Assembly (NCBI GenBank): GCA_965116885.1
Contig: OZ220741.1
Location: 1,568,001 to 1,632,000 of the forward strand
DNA length: 64,000 nucleotides
Direction of reading: 5' to 3'
From: Candidatus Latescibacterota bacterium
Lineage (GTDB): Bacteria; Latescibacterota; UBA2968
Below, piece by piece: positions 48,301 to 54,862 of this stretch. A program made the translations under genes and the position numbers. Numbering within the stretch: the first letter of the stretch is position 1; every line of letters begins with the position of its first letter. A model generated the notes under the pieces. It made no database searches, had not been told where the DNA came from, and saw only the letters and a program-made list of their open reading frames with translations.

Positions 48301-48514
48301 TGGAATGGATGAGGCGATCCAGCAACGTCTTTTTGAGCCTTTTTTTTCGACTAAGGATGCCGACCGGGGTACGGGTTTGGGGTTGTCGATTATTTTTGCC
48401 ATTGTTCACAATCACGATGGAGAGATTACTGTGGAGAGTGAACAGGGCGTAGGCACGACGTTCAGGGTGATGTTGCCGGCGGTGGAGAGGGGCCTGCCCC
48501 CAGTTCCCCCCTAA
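45380..48514 (+). CDS. sensor histidine kinase with beta-propeller and Y_Y_Y-like extracellular region
   Basis: Repeated D.DG.LW.G propeller blades, TM, AHELNQPL H-box, NARDA, DNGVG, GTGLGL. Confidence 0.92.
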   Translation: MQYAKYLILLILVGASACFAATPFTPRHPDPVHESWRWRSFSELKGQEVSCLAQDGDGNFLFGTDDGIYRYDGISWHLFPFDEGMVGAQINALYTSRDGSVYVGSDRGISRFENGIWERVFPSEGGWNTYNFMEARDGSLWAGTEWGALRLMVDGTRLYVAAEDTTGVREMVSDAVTFVAVPFSGQRLMVYDVCEDSNGAVWFGMYDGDLIRFDFASGFQRFSEDDGIDQGKYPRMCVTKDGVVWVVYGDESQRVNRFDGEKWEALEVGDLGRDHHYTSILESRDGTLWIGGSRLIAYRNGMWRVYDSKDIVSLPLHRMELFEAADGALWIIEREQEAARLDLSENYFQTYDGLIFQCEADGAQWFISEDNGVMRRDGQGWTRFGVADGLMDMPSKLIVTRDGALWAAGSHERVAATARLDGSEWVMERHPQLSWRVDPRGVYEAFDGTLWFAAAADWWLYDGFLGGVVVFDGASWIHHIPPMMTRYAYGIGQSSDGVLWFGGRLFGFDGMREVQFTGPEELTNDFIDAVYTQGNLWLGSRTYGVFRYDGTAWQQFDYGDGLAHNEVRSIFQDRDGAVWVGTAEGVSRFDGRTWLPRALPSGLPRTEFYDPILQSGDGAFWLNSVSDVDAWLRRSEPQRDAISYTLRTIRYVPETDPPETLMTIVQEEVSQGGKITFAWTGIDAWRSTLREDLQYAHRLDGGEWSPYGGDTILSFEGLDVGTHTVEVKARDLAFNEDPVPSLVQFNVVPLVWRRLWFISLILGFVILTGYLISRIIVRDRRLQKANEDLASANETQLLQSARLVSLGQMVAGVAHELNQPLTAVETTAGDISLRLMEGMPLETDELRKMMEDVRGVVNRMAGTVDHLRVFSRDVSEEPRQAMDVNEVIQSSLKLMGSQLERYGIDLVLDLSGALPKVWGHLHPLEQVVLNLLSNARDAVDERAEMEGVGYDKQVRVRTRGENDAVVVEVEDNGVGMDEAIQQRLFEPFFSTKDADRGTGLGLSIIFAIVHNHDGEITVESEQGVGTTFRVMLPAVERGLPPVPP

Positions 48515-50081
48515 AGGAACGGAATATGTCTCGTTCTTGCTCACCTACCGCGGGCTTCGATGCGCCAAAGCTCACATTAACCCCTCTGCTTTGAAGTGCT
48601 GGAATGTGTGTGTTGATTGATGTAGCATTTAACGGGTTATTTCTCACATAAACCCAATCCCCACTACCCAATCCCGTATTTGCGACCAGGGGCGTGAGGT
48701 CCGATATGCTGTTGTTGTAAAGAGACAGCTTTTCCAGACGGTTCAATCCTGAAAGGGATGTGATGTCCGATATGCTGTTGCTTTCAAGATCCAGCAATTT
48801 TAGACTATTCAATCCTGAAAGGGATGTGATGTCCGATATGCTGTTGCTGGAAAGAAACAGCCCTTCCAGACGGTTCAATCTCGAAAGGAGTGTGATGTCC
48901 GATACGCTGTTGCTTTCGAGAAACAGCCCTTCCAGATTGGTCAATCTTGAAAGGGGTGTGATGTCCGATATGCTGTTATTGGAAAGATACAGCCATTCCA
49001 GACGGTTCAATCCCAGAAGGGGTGTGATGTCCGATATGCTGTTGCTGGAAAGAGCCAGCCATTCCAGACGGTTCAATCTCGAAAGGGGTGTGATGTCCGA
49101 TATGCTGTTGTTGTAAAGAGACAGCTTTGTCAGGTTAATTGCAAACTCAAGTCCAGTCAGATCGCGAATATTATTGTTTGGTGCCTCAAGGCTCGTTAAG
49201 GCCACCAGGTCACCTCTGGTGATCGGAGTACCCTCCGCCTTGTTGAGACTATTCTCGATAACAGCGAGTAGATTCTCATCCGGAATGGCAACGATTGTTG
49301 CAACACCGCCAGAGGAAGATGCCTCTTTACCAAAGCTGTTGATAAAGATCAGAAAATCGGGAAACCCTATCTCGCTATTGCCATCCAGATCATACCTGGC
49401 GTCGTACGTCCCATCGCCACGACTTGTATCGAAGTGAGTTACAAACAGCAAAAAATCGGAAATATTAACCACACCATTCCCATTAAAATCACCCGTTAGC
49501 ACACTCGATGTCCCGATATCTGCCGATTTTGCAAAACTGATCACGAACCTGATTGGATCTTCTGGCGGAACGAGATGAGAAAGCGGACTCAGTGCCAGGT
49601 CTCTTACAGATTCGGGTAATGACGCCAATAATTCATCTAAGAGAAGCGGGCGTATAATATGCAGTGAATCCGCCGTAGCCGTGTACGTATAATTGAGTGG
49701 ATCTTCATTTTCGCGTGTTACGATGAGTTCATGGGTATCGGACATGACGGTGTAATTGCCTGTGTATTGGCTCGTATCGTGTACAGTGACCGTAAGCAGA
49801 ACCCATAATAACGCAGAGACATTGGCCACTGTCTTGTAGTTCGCTTGAATACTGCCATCTGAATCCAAAATCAGTGTGCCGTTGATCTCGCCTTCCACTG
49901 TAAGAGGCTTTACAGCTTCCACGAGCGCGGCCGGGACATAAGCGTTCAGTTCGACCTTGTGGGCTACCCAAGAACCGGTGAGATCCCCACCCTGAGGCCT
50001 GGGGGGTTCTGATAGAACACCCGCGTCTGCCTGCCCAAATGTTATGAGTGTCATCACGAGTAGAACACAGTTTCGCTGCAT
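48462..50081 (-). CDS. secreted dockerin/EF-hand plus internalin-type leucine-rich repeat protein
   Basis: Signal peptide; GDFNGNG..DF / YDLDGN..DF; 22-aa LRRs (L.L..NSISDITPL). Confidence 0.88.
   Translation of the reverse strand: MQRNCVLLVMTLITFGQADAGVLSEPPRPQGGDLTGSWVAHKVELNAYVPAALVEAVKPLTVEGEINGTLILDSDGSIQANYKTVANVSALLWVLLTVTVHDTSQYTGNYTVMSDTHELIVTRENEDPLNYTYTATADSLHIIRPLLLDELLASLPESVRDLALSPLSHLVPPEDPIRFVISFAKSADIGTSSVLTGDFNGNGVVNISDFLLFVTHFDTSRGDGTYDARYDLDGNSEIGFPDFLIFINSFGKEASSSGGVATIVAIPDENLLAVIENSLNKAEGTPITRGDLVALTSLEAPNNNIRDLTGLEFAINLTKLSLYNNSISDITPLSRLNRLEWLALSSNSISDITPLLGLNRLEWLYLSNNSISDITPLSRLTNLEGLFLESNSVSDITLLSRLNRLEGLFLSSNSISDITSLSGLNSLKLLDLESNSISDITSLSGLNRLEKLSLYNNSISDLTPLVANTGLGSGDWVYVRNNPLNATSINTHIPALQSRGVNVSFGASKPAVGEQERDIFRSFRGELGAGPSPPPATSP
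48690..49150 (-). repeat. about 7 x 66-bp coding tandem repeat (LRR)
   Basis: GTCCGATA(T/C)GCTGTT recurs every 66 bp. Confidence 0.9.
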
Positions 50082-50222
50082 CTTAAACCGCCATTTTTTG
50101 ATCGCGGTACCAAAAAGTGACCTGTTCATTTTTCCTAATGCATGATCACTTTCCAAATTTACACAATTTTTTGCCGTCCCGTCAACTGTTTGAATATACC
50201 TCGCTGTACAAAGTTAAGATCG

Positions 50223-51749
50223 TTAGTTGTTCCTGGATGATTCAGCATAGGACACATACGCCGATCGCACGATTTCTTCGGACAGTTTGCCGCGGATGGC
50301 ATAATTGCGGCGACGTGCCCAGTATCTCGCCCACCGTTCGTCGCTGGCTATCCAATTATCCCAATAGAAGACGCCATTTACTATACCAGGATACTGCGCC
50401 ATGGTGTTGATTAATGCCTTGTAGATGTTGGCCTGCGTTTCTCGCCCGTCATCCAGCCCATTGTGGTTAGAGTCGGTAAATACGAATCGCCGGTTTTGCG
50501 CTGATGCATCACCTGGCCGTTCGGGTGTTTCAACCACATCCATAGCGCCGTATTCGGTAAATACAATGGGCCGGTCGGGGTTTGTGTTCGCAAGCGGAAT
50601 AAGCTGGTTTTGGAATATCTGCCTGTAACGCACCTGGAAACTTTCGACGCTCAGTACTGTTGACGGACGCGCGTCTGTCAGTGGAAACCACGCACTGATG
50701 CCTATGAGGTCGAGATCGAGGTCTGCCCATAGATGACCTGCGCCCGATCCCGGTCCGTAAAAGTGGGATGCTGCGAGTACGTCGTAGTGCATGTCATAGG
50801 TTAGCAGGCCACTGTACACGGCGCGCACACTTTCTACCATTGATCTGAGTTCTCGACCAAAATCATTGGTCATATAGCCTCCTGAACGCGTGCGAAAGAG
50901 CCGGTCAGTCTCCGTGCCCAATGAGTATAAACGCACGCCTTCGGCCTCTGCTATTCTGGCAAAATGTACCGCCTGTTGCGTATAGGTCGCCCAAAATTCG
51001 GCGACAAAACGCCGGTGATCCGGATGATCTGGACGCCAGGGCCAGTGTTGGGGGAGTATCACCCCATAGACATTCGAATTATCTGGCGGAACGCCGCGAG
51101 GTGCCGGGTCTCCGAGTTGCCACCTGCGTACCGGGCGTGCAGCGGTTTCTGCCTCATAGGCTTCGAATGCCAGGGTTAGATATACGTCTATTCCGTGATT
51201 TCTAAATTCTCGGATCAATTGTCTGAGTGCTTCATTTGAAAAAGTGCGAATATCTACATTTGATGCGTACACGCGTTCGACTGTGCTGTCCATGCTGTCG
51301 TCGTAATGCAGCGCGACGGAAAGGCCGATCCAGTTTACATGCAGGCTCTTTAGCCATTCGATATAGTCCATAGGTATGAGCGTTCCGATCCTTCCAGCGG
51401 CTTCCCATCTATCTACGACATCGCCAGTATCTCCCCAATTGCCCGCAGCATGAATGGCGCGTAGCGGAAATTTTATTATCGTGTCTATCGTCTGGGGCAC
51501 TGTTTTGCCAAAGTCGCTGGCAAAGATCAGAAAGTCTGAAAATGCAATCGCGCCATCGCCATCCAGGTCGAATCGGTCTTCATACGTCTCATCACCACGA
51601 CTTGTCCCGAAGTGTTCGACAAATAGCAAAAAGTCTGGAAGATCCACAACGCCGTTTCCGTCAAAGTCGGGGAGAGGGGTGTGTGATGCGTGCGCCCAGG
51701 TCCATAGACAGCTTGCCATGACTACAAGCGCGATACACAAACGCTTCAT
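50223..51749 (-). CDS. secreted dockerin/EF-hand plus GH113-like TIM-barrel glycoside hydrolase
   Basis: PDFDGNG..DF / FDLDGDG..DF; LGTE, LTY, GISAWFPL, PIVFTEYG, GVFYW. Confidence 0.75.
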   Translation of the reverse strand: MKRLCIALVVMASCLWTWAHASHTPLPDFDGNGVVDLPDFLLFVEHFGTSRGDETYEDRFDLDGDGAIAFSDFLIFASDFGKTVPQTIDTIIKFPLRAIHAAGNWGDTGDVVDRWEAAGRIGTLIPMDYIEWLKSLHVNWIGLSVALHYDDSMDSTVERVYASNVDIRTFSNEALRQLIREFRNHGIDVYLTLAFEAYEAETAARPVRRWQLGDPAPRGVPPDNSNVYGVILPQHWPWRPDHPDHRRFVAEFWATYTQQAVHFARIAEAEGVRLYSLGTETDRLFRTRSGGYMTNDFGRELRSMVESVRAVYSGLLTYDMHYDVLAASHFYGPGSGAGHLWADLDLDLIGISAWFPLTDARPSTVLSVESFQVRYRQIFQNQLIPLANTNPDRPIVFTEYGAMDVVETPERPGDASAQNRRFVFTDSNHNGLDDGRETQANIYKALINTMAQYPGIVNGVFYWDNWIASDERWARYWARRRNYAIRGKLSEEIVRSAYVSYAESSRNN

Positions 51750-51830
51750 GCTGCGCCTTTCTGTGCATTGTTAAAAAGAACACGCGCCCAAAATATATTT
51801 TCAAGGGCGATAGGCAAGCGTATTTGACCT

Positions 51831-51888
51831 GTTCTATTGAGAAAAATCCAATGATTTAGAAATGGCCGTTGGGCTTTTTGTGTGGTTT
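51831..51888. repeat. degenerate terminator-containing direct repeat, copy 1
   Basis: GGCCGTTGGGCTTTTTGTGTGGTTT plus a decayed left arm; homologous to 54154-54212. Confidence 0.75.
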
Positions 51889-51962
51889 ATTCTCATTCTA
51901 TGTGCGGTATTGTATGCCATATCTCAATGTTAGAGAACGATTCATACTATTTTTCAGTTTTA

Positions 51963-52020
51963 CAACAGTTTTGTTGACATTTATATTTTTACAACAGTTT
52001 TGTTTACAACAATCTTGTTG
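51963..52020. promoter_or_regulatory. three CAAC-N6-GTTG operator-like palindromes overlapping TTGACA
   Basis: 51963-51976, 51992-52005 (one mismatch), 52007-52020. Confidence 0.65.
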
Positions 52021-52046
52021 AATATTAAAAAAGAAAGAGAGGTCCC

Positions 52047-52356
52047 ATGAAATCATTCACCGGCCCCCCGGTCATCGGTGACAACTTTTTTGATCGCGAT
52101 CGCGAGTTGCAGATATTGGAAAGGCGGGTCCGTGACGGCAACCACATATTGCTGACAGGACAGCGGCGCATGGGAAAGACCAGTATAGCCCGAGAACTCG
52201 GGCGACGGCTTGAGGACAAGGGGTTGGGACCGCGATACCAGTGTAGAGTGTTTTCAACCGCGTCTGCTGAAGGACTGGTGGGCGTCGCGTTTCCGCAATC
52301 ACATATCTCTCGAAAAGCGCCGTTCTGAAGACGAATCACCGGGAGACGTACCATGA
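52047..52356 (+). pseudogene. P-loop ATPase (partner gene) collapsed by internal deletion/frameshift
   Basis: N-terminus FFDRDREL...GQRRMGKTS; another frame gives FQPRLLKDWWASRF...* whose TGA overlaps the next ATG. Confidence 0.8.
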
Positions 52357-54152
52357 ACGAATTATACAACATGTCGATCCGGAAGTTCAATCCGGGGACG
52401 CTCCAATCAGACGAGGAAGTGATTGAGCAGTTTGTGGTCAGGAAACGCGAACTCGATATCGCGCTTGAGGTGCTGCGCGGTAATATCGATTCACCATCGT
52501 GTCAGCATGTTCTGGTCGTTGCGCCTCGCGGTCTGGGAAAGACCATGCTCCTCGCGCGGATCGCGGCGGAGTTGAATACGGATGCCGAATTCTCCGAGTG
52601 TCTTTTGCCGGTTCGGTTTATGGAAGAGAGTCATGAGATATTCAATATCGCTGATTTTTGGCTCGAAACCTTGTTCCATCTTGCACGGGAAGGTGCCAGG
52701 CACGATCCCGTGCTCGCACGGGGACTGCGAGAGACATACGCCGACCTGGCTGATCGCTGGCTCGAGAAGGAACTCGCGAATCGCGTCCTTGCTGCTGTCC
52801 TGGACGCGGCGGATCGGCTGGGCAAGAAACTCGTTCTCATGGTCGAAAACCTGCAGACGCTCTACGAAGACGTAGATGAAGATTTCGGCTGGCAGCTACG
52901 CGGCACATTGCAAACGGAGCCTCAGATTATGTTGCTCACCACCGCTACGAGTCGTTTCAAAGGGCTGGACGACGCGGAGCAGCCGTTCTTTGAGCAGTTT
53001 CGAATACTGGATCTGGAACCTTTGAATACCGAAGAATGCCGTCGTTTGTGGCAGATCGTCAGCGACGACGAGGTGAGTGATCGCGAGATCAGGCCGCTTG
53101 AGATCCTGACTGGTGGGAATCCCCGTCTCCTGGTCATCATTGCCGAGTTCGCGCAGCATCAGTCATTGAGTCAGTTGATGGAAGAGCTTGTGACGCTGAT
53201 TGACGAGCATACCGAGTATTTCCGCGGTCACCTGGAGGTCTTGCCTAAGAGCGAACGCCGCGTGTACCTTTCGGTGATTGACCTTTGGCAGCCGTCGAGC
53301 GCGGGCGAGATTGCGGTGCGGGCGCGCATGGATGTTCGATACGTATCGACCATGCTCGGACGACTCGTCAACCGGGGTGCGGTCACTTTTAAGGGTACTG
53401 GTAGGAAGCGTCAGTACGAAGCCGTAGAACGCCTCTACAGCATCTATTACAAACTGAGACGCGAACGCGACGATAGGGCTTTGGTAGAAAACCTGATCAA
53501 TTTCATGGTAGCTTTCTACGGTATAGGAGAACTATACCAGATGTCCAGCAAGCTGATTTCGGAGACGACGATTATTCGCGAGGAAAATGACACTGAAGGG
53601 GAAATTGCAGCCTACAATGAGGTGATCAAGTGCTTTAGCGACCAACAGATAAATGTAGCCATCGCGTTGAGCTACAAGGGAATGAGAGAAGCCGAGATGG
53701 GGCGTGCAGCAGCAGCTTTACAAACCTGCAAAGAACTCGAACAAAGACTCGATACCTTGCCCAAAGACGGAAAAGCTTGGATTAGATGGCGAGCAATGGG
53801 TGTGCGGGCACTGGCACTGATGGTAAAGAAAAAGCGTCGGGCCGCCATGGATGCATTTCGCTCCGCGTATGCCGCGTTTCTTCCCAACAACGAAATCACC
53901 CTGCACGAGATGCAAAGAATTGTCCCCGGGTTGATAGCAAACGGTGCCCCGGAGCGAGATCTCATCGAGATCCTGTCCAGCGACAAGGAGAAAGCGGACG
54001 CGTTGGTGCCCCTCATTGTTGCCCTGCGAGAGCGTACCGGCGAGGTGGTTCGCGCACCTGTGGAAGTCCTTGAGGTCGCGAAGGATATTAACAAGAATAT
54101 TGACGCCGAAATGGCGAATTGCGATGGGGAACTGGCAGGTTTACATATCTGA
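52353..54152 (+). CDS. STAND-like AAA ATPase-wHTH-TPR protein (short allele)
   Basis: APRGLGKT Walker A, LVLMVEN Walker B, GGNPR, wHTH (EIAVRARM...LGRLVNRG), one TPR-like unit. Confidence 0.85.
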   Translation: MNELYNMSIRKFNPGTLQSDEEVIEQFVVRKRELDIALEVLRGNIDSPSCQHVLVVAPRGLGKTMLLARIAAELNTDAEFSECLLPVRFMEESHEIFNIADFWLETLFHLAREGARHDPVLARGLRETYADLADRWLEKELANRVLAAVLDAADRLGKKLVLMVENLQTLYEDVDEDFGWQLRGTLQTEPQIMLLTTATSRFKGLDDAEQPFFEQFRILDLEPLNTEECRRLWQIVSDDEVSDREIRPLEILTGGNPRLLVIIAEFAQHQSLSQLMEELVTLIDEHTEYFRGHLEVLPKSERRVYLSVIDLWQPSSAGEIAVRARMDVRYVSTMLGRLVNRGAVTFKGTGRKRQYEAVERLYSIYYKLRRERDDRALVENLINFMVAFYGIGELYQMSSKLISETTIIREENDTEGEIAAYNEVIKCFSDQQINVAIALSYKGMREAEMGRAAAALQTCKELEQRLDTLPKDGKAWIRWRAMGVRALALMVKKKRRAAMDAFRSAYAAFLPNNEITLHEMQRIVPGLIANGAPERDLIEILSSDKEKADALVPLIVALRERTGEVVRAPVEVLEVAKDINKNIDAEMANCDGELAGLHI

Positions 54153-54153
54153 A

Positions 54154-54212
54154 GTTCTTATAGGAAAAGCCCAACGGTTTGGAGAAGGCCGTTGGGCTTT
54201 TTTGTGTGGTTT
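54154..54212. terminator. bidirectional terminator, direct-repeat copy 2
   Basis: AAAAGCCCAACGG..CCGTTGGGCTTTTTT. Confidence 0.8.
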
Positions 54213-54259
54213 TCTCTGGCTTCCGCCAGGGTCAAGGCCGATTTAAAACTCATTTTTCC

Positions 54260-54349
54260 CTACGTTCCATGTTCCATTGATAGGAGCGTTCCGACTCTTT
54301 GTAAAACCGCATCGCCGCGCTGTGGAACGCACTCGTCTGGCTTCACCAT
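54260..54349 (-). pseudogene. mazF: MazF toxin with large in-frame internal deletion (29 aa)
   Basis: MVKPDECVPQRGDAV joined directly to LQRVGTLLS; overlaps the mazE stop. Confidence 0.8.
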
Positions 54350-54585
54350 ATTTCACCGCCTACAGCAGGTCCAGTATCTATTTCACCGTGTAAGTTGTGC
54401 TCGGTCACCTGGGATAGAAGGTCGTCCAATTTCAAGTCAGATGGCTTTACAGGTTCAATGACCAATTCCTTACCACGCAGCGATAATTCGACCGGCGAAT
54501 TGGGTTCAAGCCCGATCTGGACAGCGAGTGGTTTGGGAATACGCAGGGCCAAACTATTGCCCCATTTCTGCACACGGGTTTCCAT
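54343..54585 (-). CDS. mazE: AbrB/MazE family antitoxin
   Basis: VQKWGNSLALRIP...LDDLL..VT..NLHGE.D.G..VG.E.W; GAGGAG RBS. Confidence 0.93.
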   Translation of the reverse strand: METRVQKWGNSLALRIPKPLAVQIGLEPNSPVELSLRGKELVIEPVKPSDLKLDDLLSQVTEHNLHGEIDTGPAVGGEIW

Positions 54586-54743
54586 ATCTTCCTCCTCTAA
54601 ATAGTAGATACATTGAGACTTAGAACTTATCAAGGCCAATTTTGCATCCCTCACGAAGTGGCAATACAATACGCGATATTGCATGTCATATCCCATTGGT
54701 AGAGAATGACTTATATCGACTTCGCACTTTTGTCCACAATTTG

Positions 54744-54835
54744 GTTGACAAAAACTTTTGGAATATTATTTTGTCAACTGTTTAGTTGACAAAAACTTTT
54801 GGAATATTATTTCGTCAACTGTTTAGTTGACAAAA
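54744..54835. repeat. 41-bp tandem duplication in a promoter, with CAAC-N6-GTTG palindromes and TTGACA
   Basis: GTTGAC at 54744, 54785, 54826; TTGTCAAC-TGTTTA-GTTGACAA. Confidence 0.85.
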
Positions 54836-54862
54836 ATTTAATGAATCATCAGGAGACGCGTA

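Noticed and set aside
48690..49150. CRISPR-like periodic repeat
   Set aside because: 66-bp in-frame LRR coding repeats without unique spacers; no cas genes
54744..54835. Mini-CRISPR or iteron origin
   Set aside because: Contiguous 41-bp tandem duplication without spacers and no rep gene; better explained as a promoter/operator duplication
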